DNA of 42,221 bases from Octopus bimaculoides (taxonomy: Eukaryota): positions 5,679,881 to 5,722,101 of the forward strand of contig NC_069001.1 in assembly GCF_001194135.2 (NCBI RefSeq). Direction: 5' to 3'. The position numbers and the translations under genes were made by a program. Below, piece by piece: positions 1 to 13,347 of this stretch. A model generated the notes under the pieces. The model made no database searches. It was not told the DNA's origin and saw nothing but the letters and a program-made list of their open reading frames with translations. The first letter of the stretch is position 1. Every line of letters starts with the position of its first letter.

Positions 1-31
<31 letters not shown>

Positions 32-45
32 TTCTGTGTGTGAGT

Positions 46-256
46 GTGTTCCCATCACTGCTTGAGAACCAGTGTTGGTGCATTTACCTCCCTCTAACTT
101 AGCAATTCAGCAAAATAGGCCAATAGTATAAGTACCGGGGCATTTACAAAAATTAAAGTACTGTAGTTGATTCGTTTGACTAAAATTCTGCAAGGAGATG
201 CTCCAGAATGGCTGCAGTCTAATGACTGAAACAAGCAAAAGATGAAAGATAAAAGA
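46..256 (+). mobile_element. SINE 3' half
   Basis: gtaacttagc-like...ataagtacc...ctccagaatggctgcagtctaatgactgaaacaagc with an A-rich tail. Shared with 19507-19690 and 24271-24347. Confidence 0.75.
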
Positions 257-1485
257 TATAAGCTGCCTTTCCTGAATTATTACAAAGCATGCCTCACCTG
301 CCTAACATCTATAACTGAATGCAAATAACAAATCAGATTTTAATATAAAGCTTTGGTTTTTGTGAGAAACAACTAGAAGACAGGTGCTCGCTTATTATAT
401 ATATTCTACTTCAATTATATGGCTTTGATCTTTAGAACTGCCATCTATTGTAATATACCAGAAGTGTGTTTGTGTGTGTATGTATGTGTGTGTGTGTGTT
501 TCTATGTATCTCTCTGTGTATACATAAGTGTATTGTCATTTGCTCGAAGCATTGCAATACATGTACATGAGAGTGTTTAGAAAAAAAAAACCATTATGAA
601 ATGCAGGTGAAGAGTTAGATAAAATATGGAAGGTAATGTCAATGAATAAAATCAAGAACAAAAGATATCGAATTACCGTGCGTAAGTTGTTTAATGATCC
701 AATAATATTTTGGGGAAAAATTCCCCTTTTCAAATAAAAGAAATTAATCAAAGCATTTGTTATTACCAGGCTAGTCGTGTGTGTGTGTATGTGTGTGTGC
801 ACATGTGTGTGTGTGTTCATATATTTGCAGATTTTGATTAGGCATAGCAATAATGATAACCTACTGTTAGATCTCAATATGCATATGTTTCAGAATATAT
901 CATTAGTTGAGTACAGAGTGTAATATGAAATTAAAGAAATGAAAAGTGATATGGAATTACATTATCAACTTCATTAGGTTACAGCCGTTTCTGCAATAAA
1001 ATGCAATGCACTCAGAGCTAAATGCTTGTGCCTCAGCTTATAGTTTCCTTGAAGCTTCTAAAATGAAGTGCATGTTTATTTGGGAAAACATTTAGATAGA
1101 TGGAAAAAAATCACAATACACACATACACACATATATATTGGCTCACATCCTCATATGCACATCACTCACATAAACACAAACACACATGAAAACAGATAC
1201 CACCATACACACACACATATACATTGGCCATCTTGGCACTCTCCTGTTCCAGATACCACTTACTCCATCTCCTTCCACTTGAAGTCACTTCATATTTTTT
1301 TTCCTTCTTTAGACTATTCCCTTTCCCTTTCTGACAAAGAGCTATGCTTGAAACATCGAAAACTCTCTCTTTTTACTGAGCACCAAACTAATATATTCCT
1401 TGTGCACGTCCTCTTGTTGTCTGTTATTGTTAATATTAATGTTCTTTTATTTGATTTGACTATATATATATATACATATATATAT

Positions 1486-1550
<65 letters not shown>

Positions 1551-1693
1551 GGATGGATGTATAAGAAGGTAGATAGCTAGATCACCATATGTGTTTGTGG
1601 TATATTTATGAATGTATGCATATAAGTGTGTATGTCTGTGCAAATGTATGTACTATTGCATACATGCATATATATGTGAATATATAACCTTAC

Positions 1694-1717
1694 CTTATCA
1701 AAATGACTTTTCCATCT
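1694..1717 (-). CDS. 24-nt coding microexon, RWKSHFDK in phase 0-0
   Basis: Minus strand reads ttttcttatttctattacag|AGATGGAAAAGTCATTTTGATAAG|gtaagg, a near-ideal acceptor and donor. The phase-0 translation shares W, K, F and D with HWKVLFDQ, which precedes the first EF-hand loop of human RHBDL3 (recalled, not aligned). The phase-1 reading (DGKVILI) is also open. Confidence 0.75.
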
Positions 1718-2187
1718 CTGTAATAGAAATAAGAAAATATCAGTATTAGTATTTGAGCAACTGAAGACAAATTACTTGACTTACATTTACTTATTTCATA
1801 TCACAATAGATAAATAATAATCTAATGAATGATAAGACAGTATATTGGTGTTAATGCACTGTTTTCTGCATGACCATGTTAACATCTTTTGATGCCTTAG
1901 TCCGATTTGTGTTCACTCTTCCCCAATAATATTTCTAACAAAATACTCCATTTGTGTTTCATTTCATTTCAAAAGCAAAGAAGGCAAATTCCTTTTCCTT
2001 TTTTTTTCCAACTGGGCTATCTCTGTATCTACTTTAAAGCAAAACACCTCTCTCTGTCCCTCTGTATTTTTAATCTCACAACTATCACAAAGCCATCCTC
2101 CTGTGATTCCATTCAATACTACTTCCCCCTCCTAGTTGAGGGCTTTTTTTTCATCTTGCAAGGTATTTGATAACCCTGTCGATTATG

Positions 2188-2373
2188 GTGCCACATATAA
2201 AGCACTGGCACTGGTGCTGGTGCCGTGTAAAGAGTATCCTGCACACTCTGTTAAGTTCTTGGCATTTGGAAGGTCACCCAGCTGTAGGAACCATGCCAAA
2301 ATGGACGATGTAGCTTGATGTGGTCCCTGGCCTTGCCAGCTCCTGTCCTGTCCAACTCATGTCAGCATGGAAA

Positions 2374-2406
<33 letters not shown>

Positions 2407-2470
2407 GCAATGGTGATGATGACGATGATGTGATGATGATGATGATGTAGATGATGATGATGACGATGAT
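2188..2470 (+). mobile_element. RTE-LINE-like or SINE 3' tail ending in (GAT)n
   Basis: ggtgccac...ggaaggtcacccagctgtag...cagcatggaaaa followed by a (GAT)n tail. Recognised by recalled similarity only. Confidence 0.5.
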
Positions 2471-3073
2471 GACATATACATTAGTGGTATATATGCATTC
2501 CCACTACACACACATACACACACACACACACAAAACACACATAAGCAACTAGCCTCTACTCAGTTTTTAGTTGCTAAATGAATCTCATAAAATGATAGTA
2601 ACCCTAATTCTAGGGTAAAGGAGAACAGGTAAGGTGGGAAGGCCTTGATTGCGGATATATTTAGGAATGGCACATGAAAGTGTACAAGAAACCATTTAAT
2701 AAGGTTAACCCTCAGATTTACCTGAAACAAAAGGGGACATGAACTGCTGCAAAACAAAAAATAGAACAAAAATACAAAATAAACTACAATTTTACCCAAA
2801 TAAATTGCAAATNNNNNNNNNNNNNNNNNNNNNNNNNNNNNNNNNNNNNNNNNNNNNNNNNNNNNNNNNNNNNNNNNNNNNNNNNNNNNNNNNNNNNNNN
2901 NNNNNNNNNNNNNNNNNNNNNNNNNNNNNNNNNNNNNNNNNNNNNNNNNNNNNNNNNNNNNNNNNNNNNNNNNNNNNNNNNNNNNNNNNNNNNNNNNNNN
3001 NNNNNNNNNNNNNNNNNNNNNNNNNNNNNNNNNNNNNNNNNNNNNNNNNNNNNNNNNNNNNNNNNNNNNNNNN

Positions 3074-3128
<55 letters not shown>

Positions 3129-3342
3129 AACACATATACATACACATATATATGTGCGTGTATACAAACACAAGAGGAAATTATAGTATCACATTAGCCA
3201 TATCTCATTACATATTAGTGCAAAACATGAAACTTGAGTATGTGTGTGTATGTGTGTGTGTGTGCGCACGCATGTGTGTATGTATATGTGTATTTGTATA
3301 TATATATGTATTTATATGTATATAAATGTTTATATATATGTT

Positions 3343-3378
<36 letters not shown>

Positions 3379-3424
3379 TGCATATATATACACATATGTA
3401 CATATATGTGTATATGTATGTATA

Positions 3425-3462
<38 letters not shown>

Positions 3463-4084
3463 TATATATATGCTATAAGAAATATAGTCGAGCATTAGCT
3501 CTATAATACTGGTTCGTACTCTATTATACAAGAAAAAGATTTCATAAGAGATAAAACGAAATGCTAAACGAATTTATTGACAACATTGCGTTACTCAAAG
3601 AAATATGTTGTTGAGAGCAATGTAATTTTAGCATTTATTTGGTTATTGTGTGTGCCATTAGCAAGTGTTGGTTAGTTAGGTGTGATCTAACACAGTTAGA
3701 GAAGAGGAACGACTGCGGAACAATATGCACGGGGAGAGGAGAGAGAGACAGAAGAGCCGAAATGGACGACTCTGTCTTTGTCTCTCTATCGCTCTCTCTC
3801 AGTCTCTCTCTATCTCTCTTTTCGACAGATGATATCTAACTAGTGAAGTTAACTAATTTCAATCAGTTATATGATGATTATTGCAGAAAAGAACCGAGCA
3901 ACGGCAACAACAACAGCAGCAGCAGCATCACAAGATTCAAAGAATTCAGGATATGTTGTTGTTGTTGTTGTTCTTGATTTCTGTCTTGTAAATCCATGCT
4001 TTATCAAGATAAAACAGTCAAAAGCTACTTCCACATTTGTCTGTTTTCTATTAGAAATCTCCATTTTTCTTTTCACCACACATT

Positions 4085-4610
4085 TTGGCATCGACGTACC
4101 AAAACTACCATCACTGCCAACACCACCACCAACACCATTTCTATACATCAGCACAACCGCCACCACCTCCACAGCCCCCATCACCACCACTACCGTTATT
4201 ACCATCACCATCACAACCACCAGTACTAAACACTATTGGCACCACCACCATTACAAACGCCACCACTACCACCATCACCACCACTACAAGTACCATCACC
4301 ACTACCACCACCAAACACCACCACTACAAGTACCATCACCACTACCACCACCAAACACCACCGCCAACACTACCATCTCTACAACACCACTGCCACCACA
4401 ACACACCTCAACTGCTGCCACTACCACCAACACTGCCGCCATAACCACCACGAATACCACCACCACCACCACGAATACCAATACCCCCAACATTAATGCC
4501 ACCATCACCACTAACACTCCCCAACAATGCAGCCGCCACCACCACCACCAACTCCAACACCATCGCCGACACCCCACCCCCACGCCGCCACTGCCACCAC
4601 CAACACCACC
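4085..4610. repeat. Degenerate (ACC/ACT)n low-complexity tract with an internal 2x40-bp duplication (4281-4360)
   Basis: Directly visible. Confidence 0.95.
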
Positions 4611-4949
4611 NNNNNNNNNNNNNNNNNNNNNNNNNNNNNNNNNNNNNNNNNTTCCCGAATATTGAGATACAAAGGACAAAGTTGAGAGAGAGAGAGAGAG
4701 AGAGAGAAATTTGAGGTGAGAGATATGTGGGGAGGGCGGGGCGGGGGTTATGGTCTGGTGTGGTGTTTGTGGTGCTTAGTGAAGCGTGGTTAATTTCATG
4801 GTTCAAGTCCTGTTTACAGCAGAGCAACTCGACTGCGTATTTGACCATAAATAAAGACTTAACATGTAAACCTAAACAAACGATTTGTTCACTGGTTCAC
4901 TGTTCGTTTAGGGAGGGAGAAGAGAGGAACGCAGACAGAAAACACACTC

Positions 4950-5123
4950 TTACACACACACACACACACACACACATACATAGTGAAGCTGCATGTATAT
5001 GTGTGTGTGTTTGTGTATGTAATATATATAGGTGAGCATATATATATATATATATATATGTATGCACACACACATGCATTGCCATGAACACAATGTACAT
5101 TGTCATACAGCTCACGTTATGAG

Positions 5124-5206
<83 letters not shown>

Positions 5207-5513
5207 AAGAGACACACAAAAAGCAAATAAATATATAGATACATATACTCACATACACATCCACACATACTACATATATGTGTATTTAGACATACACAGA
5301 TATGCACTCATACCATCACTACTACATAATATATACATACACAGCTATATATATATAAAATTAAATAAATATATATATATCTACATACATACATGCATAT
5401 ATATATATATATATATATACATATATACTAATATATACATATATGTATATATATACTTATATATACATATATGTATATATATATTTACATATATATATAT
5501 ACTTATATATGCA

Positions 5514-5552
<39 letters not shown>

Positions 5553-5562
5553 NNNNNNNNNN

Positions 5563-5594
<32 letters not shown>

Positions 5595-5675
5595 CATATA
5601 TGTATATATATAAAAATATACATATATATACACACATACTTACATTCATATATATATATATATGCGCAAACACTT

Positions 5676-5719
<44 letters not shown>

Positions 5720-5729
5720 NNNNNNNNNN

Positions 5730-5772
<43 letters not shown>

Positions 5773-6014
5773 CTACATTCATTCACCAACAGATATGACA
5801 GCAGTGGTGACATGATGTAGAATTTATGAAACATATAACTATATCGTCTTTATTTACCGAGACTAAAGTATTTATGTACTTCATGGCTTGTTTTAAATTG
5901 AGTTATGTCACAGCAATACACAAAGGAATTTATACAAAATATCCTTTATTCACCTGAACTAAACTCTTTATTTACTTTTTCACTATGACATATATACACG
6001 TATATATTCACACA

Positions 6015-6056
<42 letters not shown>
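4950..6056. repeat. Compound (TA)n/(CA)n/(TG)n microsatellite field with small gaps
   Basis: Directly visible. Confidence 0.95.
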
Positions 6057-6062
<6 letters not shown>

Positions 6063-6697
6063 CAAGAGTAAAAATAAGAATGGAGAATTTTACATCCTCA
6101 AAAGCTTGTTCAATATAGTATTGCATGCAATACATTCACTTTAAATATCTGTCCGACACAGGTTTCTGCTGCACAGATATCCTAAGATGTGGCATCTAGT
6201 TGCACCCTGGTGGTTCAATTGCAATATAAGTTTGTCCAGGTTATACATATCCATGAAGCATTTTTCAAGGTGTTACCATGGTGGACTTCTGAAGTGAAGC
6301 TGGATTATACTAAAGCACATATAAGGTACCTACCCAAACTGAAAATCCCTATTCTTTTACATTTCATATATATATAGAATTGAAAGAGAGTTGTAGGTTC
6401 TGAAACCAACCAACTAAGTATCATAAGGAGGTTCAATTTCTGAAGGGCCACTTAAATGGTACCCCACTGACCTCTCTATTTTTACTGCATTTACCTTGTT
6501 CCTACACTTATTGATTAAACTATGATCAGCATCAGTGCTTAGCATATTTGCAGAAATAAGTTTGGGCATTCTAAATACCTTTACGTACATTCAAATTGAG
6601 ATAAAGAGTTATAACAGGTACGTTTCAAATGTGGTGATGTGGATATCTATATTTTGTAGTTAATGAAAATTATGCCTAGTATGTGTGTGTGTGTATA

Positions 6698-6910
6698 TGA
6701 GGGGATGCTGAAAAGTTATTTGGGTAAGAGAAGATACAGAAGGATCAGTTAGTTATGATTTTATTTAACATATTCCCTTCTCAGATTCACACACTTATTG
6801 CAGCAGTCCTTCAGTTTTTCTAAGCCCTGTAAAAACTCGGAAGTTTGAGCCTCCAGCCAGGCCTTTTGCAATAATACCCTTAAAGCCAGGAACTTTTCTG
6901 CAGCCCCTTG
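6698..6910 (-). mobile_element. Mariner-derived MITE (213 bp)
   Basis: TA on both flanks (6696-97, 6911-12). Imperfect TIRs: tgaggggatgctgaaaagtt versus caaggggctgcagaaaagtt. The minus strand encodes GLEKLKDCCNKCVNLRREYVK*, resembling a mariner transposase C-terminus. Confidence 0.85.
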
Positions 6911-7731
6911 TAACAGTGCATGTACATATTTAATGACGCAATGACTCTACCATGATATAGTTGTATCTATTAACTATTACAAGTTATTCATCCAACCATC
7001 AAGAATTCTAATTATATTCTTCACATATTTTAATAATATTTGCAGATGAATTATTCTCATAGATATGAACATCTATATTGAATTTCCACCTGATTTTACC
7101 TTAGTCTTTGAACTCTCTCACACGATCAAAGCAGAGAAAATGTTGAAAGTTATACCGAAAATAATACATGTTATGACTTAATTAATTAATTTGATTTGTT
7201 TTTAGAATCATACTATTTTGTTTAATATTTAAGCAAACAATGTAAAAAGCTTATGTAAAGGGGGGTGAAAAAAATCTAGTTTATCTTTAAAAATTGAAAA
7301 CTGAAAACATTTCAAATTTTTCTATTAAAAATCATGTAAGAATTATTTCTCCCTTAGGCTTGTTCTGTGTTTTAGACAAAGAGAAAGTAAGAACATGCCT
7401 TGTATTATGAAAATGTCAAACATTAATGTATATATGTGTGTGCATGCATATATATATACAAAGAAATACATATTAATCCTTCAATTTATCTATCTATCTA
7501 TCTATAAATCTCACTCTCTCTCTCTCTCTGTCACTCACTCCAATTCTCTCACACTCTCTCACTCTATCTATCTATTTATCTATCTATCTACCTATCTATG
7601 TATAAAGCTCTCTCTGTCACTCACTCTCTCTATATATATATCTATACATATATATATAACCCCACACACGCACAGATATACATATATATATTTCTATCTA
7701 CCTATCTATCTATCTATCTATCTATCTAATA

Positions 7732-7793
<62 letters not shown>

Positions 7794-8911
7794 ACACACA
7801 GGTATATATATGTGTGTGTGTGTGTATAAATAAATACATATTATATGATATTTATCAACACATCATGTAAATATACATACATGTACAGAGACACAAGCAT
7901 ATATACACAGAGAGAGTGTGTTGAGTGACAGATACCCAAGATACACACATAGATATGATGCAACAGACTAATTTTCATTTTGTTTCACTTCATTTTAATA
8001 CTTTTTAATTAGTAAAAAATGAAATCGGATTTACTTTTAGTTATATTAAATCAAATGAAAGCAAAATATTTCATGTATTAGACATAAACACAAATATATG
8101 TGCTATTGTTTAACCCTAGGTCAACCATAACCCCAAAAGAATTTTGTATTGTATATAAAAGACTACACTGTTTAATGTATCTATTTTTTAAATTTATTTC
8201 TGTTAAGTGGGATTTGAGGGAAATTTAGTTTCTATTTCTAGCATTTAACATGACTCTAAAGGATACAATATTATACTGTAAATCTGATACTTTAGGATAT
8301 TGGAGATCTATATCAGTAGAAAACCAAGATTAATGGGTTGTGGTATTTAGTTAATCTCTCCAGGTTCTAAGTTCAATTCATACAAGGGTCAACGTTACCA
8401 TTCATTCATAACAATGTTGATCAAATAAAAATACCGTTTGTCATGTATTTGACTAAACCAGCTCACCAGAATTGTAACCATATACTTCTGATAAACAAAT
8501 ACAATGTGAAGCATATACAAAAGGTTGTTGTCTCTCGTTTGTAATGTCTTCTTCATTTATTGTATAGAATAACAAATGGGAAGGACATGGCTGTAATCCC
8601 TAACATCATAAATTTGATAAATCAGAGCTAAACAAAAAATGCCAACATTAGAGTTATCACAAATCGTCATCATTTTAATGTCTACCTTATTGATAGCATA
8701 GGTCAGATGTAATTTCTTGAGGTAGATATTTTCCAACATATATGTAAATGACAGGCTTCTTTTATATATATATATATATATATGGAAATATATACATACA
8801 TACATACATACATACAGGGTAGCCCAAAATTTAAGCTTACCATTTATTTATTATATTTGTATGCATTAAATGTTGGAGCAAATTCTGGACCACCCAGAGT
8901 ATATGTGTGTT

Positions 8912-8975
<64 letters not shown>

Positions 8976-9392
8976 CATACACACACAAACACAAATAAAT
9001 ACACACATTCACATACATATATACACACACATGCATATATATATATACACACACATACAAACACATGCATATTATACATATCTTATAGATATTGACATAT
9101 GCTCTTGGGCAGAAACACAGTAACTCATTTCTAAAGCAATTTTTCTAATAATTACTTCGTCAAATATTACAAGTAGAAGAATATGCAAATGAATATAAAC
9201 GAGCAAGTGCCTTAAGCTTCTAGTTACCCTTTGTTCTGGACAAACTATGAGCTAGTTCTTCCTTTTTGTTATATTTTTCTTTTTGCACCAAGAAATGTCT
9301 ATATTGATTTAATTATGCTTCACAACCTCCCCAAGTTTGCAATGTTTCTTCTCACATGTTCAAACCCAGTACAAACCCAAATATGAACTCAC

Positions 9393-9401
9393 GATTGCAA
9401 T
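9393..9401 (-). CDS. Candidate 9-nt microexon (IAI)
   Basis: tgttggttttgcccctag|ATTGCAATC|gtgagt. Frame-preserving, with UGC near the 3' splice site. A chance match is plausible. Confidence 0.25.
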
Positions 9402-9475
9402 CTAGGGGCAAAACCAACATATTGTAACCTTGTAATTGTCTTTCTGGAAACAGTCTTGTTTTCAGCAGTACTTAC

Positions 9476-9544
9476 AGTACTTCTAGGACCGCCAAATCCT
9501 TTAATTCTTGCAGTTGAACCAATTTTCTGAAGTTGTAGGCACAT
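9476..9544 (-). CDS. Candidate alternative first coding segment (MCLQLQKIGSTARIKGFGGPRST)
   Basis: ATG at 9544 with A at -3, 23 open codons, then an ACT|GTAAGT donor, phase 0. An upstream acceptor (ttttatgttag|, exon start 9690) and a CAG|GTATGA donor at 9912 suggest a spliced 5' UTR containing a uORF. Confidence 0.3.
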
Positions 9545-10186
9545 TCTCTTTATTGTAACCAGAGAAATAAAAATATTTTCATCTCCAGTATTTTCCGAAT
9601 TTCAGAATATTTTGTGTCTACTTCACAAAGAATCAATTTTAAATTTATTAACCACACCAGCATGAAGTTTCTTTTTCTTTGAAGGTATATCTAACATAAA
9701 AGAAACATGACTTAGTCCAGCTATTCAAGTTATAATTAGAGATATTTACGCACAAAGTTTGATTTAAACATTTCCATTTATGAGAAACCTAAAAATACAC
9801 TTCTTGACATTTTAAAGATTGTTTTTTTAGAACATTATATTATCAAGACCGATTCAATACAACTCTGTCATCCAAAATTTTTACATACAATTTTAATCTC
9901 TTTTATCATACCTGAGGTATTGTTCCTTAACAATAAAAGATTAAAAACTGGAAATTTTCAGTTTCATTTCTCTTCATAAAAGTTTATATGCAACTTTGTA
10001 AAACGTGTTTTACTCGTAAAAATGCTATAAAAATCATGTGGAGGAAATATTGTGGCGTTTGGAGAAAAATATCCTATTCAAATTGAAAGATAAATATGAC
10101 ACTAAAATGTATCGTATTTGCATTGACGTGTTGGGCTCAGTTTTTGACCTGGACTGTGTTGCGTGTGCATGCGAGTGCATGTCTTT

Positions 10187-10480
10187 GTGATTAGAGTGTT
10201 TGGCTAATGATCATAAGGTTGTGAGTTCAATTCGTGGCAATGCATTGCGTCCTTAAGTAAGATACTTTATGTCATGTTATTCAGCTCCACTCAGCTGGCA
10301 AAAACGAGTAGAGCCAGTCTTGTTACATTCTGTGTCATGCTGAATCTCCCTAGGATCTATGTTAAGGGTCCTCATGTCTGTGGAGTTCTCAGCCATTTGC
10401 ACGTTAATTTCTCAAGCAGTCTGTTCCAACTGATCGGATCAGCTGGAACACTCATCGTTGAAACCGACGGAGTACCAACG
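10187..10480 (+). mobile_element. tRNA-derived SINE, third family
   Basis: B-box gtgagttcaattc, and cagctccactcagctg is shared with 38979-39326. Confidence 0.7.
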
Positions 10481-11268
10481 TGAGTGTGAGTGTGTATGTA
10501 CGTGCATGCAAGTACACATGCATGTGTGTGTGTGATGAAGCTTTTGCACAGTTTCCTTCTCTCAAATTCCTCTCGTCTCAAAGCATTGATTAATCCAGTG
10601 TTATAATAAAACACAAAATACCCCAAATGCTATGGCCCACTGAAGGATCGATCTGGGACCCATTGGCAGCAAATTAAACTTCGTAACCTCGGATCCATAC
10701 CTGCACTTGCTACTAGTTTTTTGGTACCACATGTATATTGTCCAATAAAATCACATGTTGAACAGAGTTGAACCACATATCATCCAAATAACCTGATATG
10801 AAATTAACTTGACAAAAATGTAAAATTTTCAAAAATTCAGAAATAATTCTTTCTCTTTTTGAAATATTTTTCTCGCTGATCATTACTAAATTATTTAGAG
10901 TCTGAAGCTTCGGTAATCTCTGAGATGTCAAGTTGGACACAGAAGCAATCAATCAAAGAAATACAATGAAAACAGTGGGATGGCAATTTTTTCCTATTTT
11001 ATTATTATTATTGTCAAATACGTTGGATAGCTGTAAAGATGGAGCTGATGTATAATATAAAATTATATTTGATACGATACACGACATAATATTATTCTGT
11101 ATCACATATTACTATACGATACAATGTGATGCTATACTACGCTATGCTGCACTGCAAAATACTAGCTACACAATGCTATGCCACACTACACTATACTAAA
11201 TCACACTTTGATATACTGGTGTCATATATTGAAGTGTATTATGGAATTGATATTATAGCAATATTTAA

Positions 11269-11340
11269 GGTGGCGAGCTGGCAGAAACGTTAGCACGTCG
11301 GGGGAAATGCTTATTGGTATTTAATCCGAGTTCAAATTCC
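11269..11340 (+). mobile_element. SINE head fragment
   Basis: ggtggcgagctggcagaaacgttagcacg matches the head of 13347-13275. Confidence 0.85.
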
Positions 11341-11442
11341 ATCACGTCATATTCCATCACTACGTCATATGTCCACATGTATATGATGTAGTGACCCGAA
11401 TAATAATAGTAATAATAATAATAATAATGATGATAATAATAC

Positions 11443-11552
11443 TGAAAAATATTTTAGGAATGAGAACCCAGGTTCGAAATTTCCCCAAGACACCTGATGA
11501 AGGCTGGAGGGTATATCAGCCGAAACGTTGTGTTAACGACAAACAGTCAGAC
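11443..11552 (+). mobile_element. Penelope-like element terminal (pseudo-LTR) fragment
   Basis: Short unique segment carrying the minimal hammerhead, directly after a (TAA)n tract. Minimal hammerheads are a known hallmark of PLE termini. Boundaries are approximate. Confidence 0.5.
11489..11534 (+). ncRNA. Minimal type I hammerhead ribozyme (PLE-type)
   Basis: Stem I GACAC(11489-93)/GUGUU(11530-34); core CUGAUGA (11494-11500) plus one extra A; stem II GGCUG/CAGCC with a 10-nt loop; GAAA (11522-25); loopless palindromic stem III (ACGU); GUU cleavage triplet, cutting after 11529. Confidence 0.8.
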
Positions 11553-13118
11553 CGTTGTTTAAAGATGTTTTTGTTAAATATTGTTGTTGTTCTTGTTGAA
11601 TAAAATTTGTTGAAAAAAAGCAGCAATAATTATGCACCTACCCAATATATATATATATATATATATATATAGAAAGAGAGAGAGAGAGAGAGAAAGAGAT
11701 ACATACATACATACATATATATATGTTTATATCTTACAAATATATGTGTATATATCTACATATACATATATGTGTGTGTGTCTGTGCGTGTGTATAAACA
11801 TGCACACACACACACATACACACGCATACACATACACACACACATATGTATGTATGTTTGTATGTACTCGATCAACATTCTTTGTAGTAGAGTGCTGCAT
11901 TCACATCTCTTGAAGAACAGAGCGCTGTCTTTTCGTTAACATTTCTCGGCACCAAAATGGAATCCCTTTCATATCAACCATATTATTTCACTATTCGAAC
12001 ATGTCACAGTCAAACTTACTCGCTAGAGGCAATTAGAAAATATATATTCCCATCCTGTGTTTCCTTTAGAATAAAGCATTCTGGACCAATTTATTCTGCA
12101 TTTCAGCTTCTATATTGGAAGAATTTATATATCTTTCTATAAAACATTGCAACTGCAATATTACTCTTATTATTTTTACATTGTTTTTTTTTCTGAATAC
12201 ATTACTTTAACGTTATTTACATAAAAAATATATTAAAGGAAATAACGTCCGTTTTCAGTGAATATTATAACTGGGAAAACAAAAATAAAAGAATAAATAG
12301 TCGCCATGTTATTCGAAAAATAAAATAAACTGTATTTTAGTTTGGCAACTGTATGGTTTGAAAACATAGAGGAAAATATTGTTTACAATAAACTCGGTTC
12401 GCCTTAGGCTACGTTAGCAAAAACTAGTACAACCAATGGTATATATATATATATATATATATAATGATATATAACAAGCAAATGTCTATTTTAACGTATT
12501 TTTACATTCTTCCCCTCTTTCTCTCTGTCACCGTTTGTTAATTTCCTCTTCATTCTTGCAAGACAGGGAATGATTGTTACTAAGTAGAAGCATTTGGACT
12601 CACCCCTACCCCTCTTTCTCTCTCACAGCAAACAATCAACTGGCCGCCTCATTTGTTTGTTATGACAAATCATGANNNNNNNNNNTCTCTCTCACAGCAA
12701 ACAATCAACTGGCCGCCTCATTTGTTTGTTATGACAAATCATGAGAAGTGCATCCCCGTTCACTCTCAGTCTGCTCTTCCTCTAAATTGGTTAAGTTCTT
12801 TTACTTCTCTCCATCAGTTCTTCTAAACTCTTCCATATACTTCTCCCACTCTACCCCACCCCACTCCACCTTCTCTTTGACTACCCCCCCTCCCATTACC
12901 CCCGTGAATATTGGCAATCGAGTTAGAAGTGACTGCCACGGAGGGAAACACATCTAGGTGCCCTGCTCATTGCAGAACTGTCACAGGTCCTCCTCTAATG
13001 CACAGCTCCTTGTACCTGAGGAGAGGTTTGGTATTAGGCTTGCCATGCCATCCAGTCTGAAGTGACCTCATGGCCCAGAATGAGAATGATAGTGACAGAT
13101 GTGTATGTGTGTGTGTGT

Positions 13119-13347
13119 TATTTCTTTACTACCCACAAGGGGCTACACACAGAGGGGACAAACAAGGACAGACAAACGGATTAAGTCGATTATACCGACC
13201 CCAGTGTGTAACTGGTACTTATTTAATCGACCCCGAAAGGATGAAAGGCAGAGTCGACCTCGGCGGAATTTGAACTCAGAACGTAGCGGTAGACGAAATA
13301 CCGCTAAGCATTTCGCCCGGCGTGCTAACGTTTCTGCCAGCTCGCCG
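13119..13347 (-). mobile_element. Full-length, young tRNA-derived SINE
   Basis: Head ggcgagctggcagaaacgttagc, B-box-like gagttcaaatt, central gcctttcatcctttcggggtcg domain. CpGs are intact. Homologous to 34549-34716, 11269-11340 and 20367-20584. Confidence 0.9.

Noticed and set aside
298-314. 17-nt candidate minus-strand microexon, and an acceptor near 990
   Set aside because: The phase-0 reading after RWKSHFDK hits a stop in both cases, and neither encodes an EF-hand loop.
6100-6300. Short open frames on both strands (e.g. MDMYNLDKLILQLNHQGATRCHILGYLCSRNLCRTDI)
   Set aside because: No flanking splice signals and no recognisable homology. Possibly an old repeat.
9545-9690. Terminal coding exon reading (D)IPSKKKKLHAGVVNKFKIDSL* with AATAAA
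   Set aside because: The only upstream donor (9912) has no convincing coding exon, and a gene end here conflicts with the stronger microexon at 1717-1694. It is treated as possible 5' UTR instead.
12617-12744. Exact 59-bp direct repeat
   Set aside because: The two copies (12617-12675, 12686-12744) flank a 10-N gap, typical of unmerged contig overlap, so this is probably an assembly artefact.
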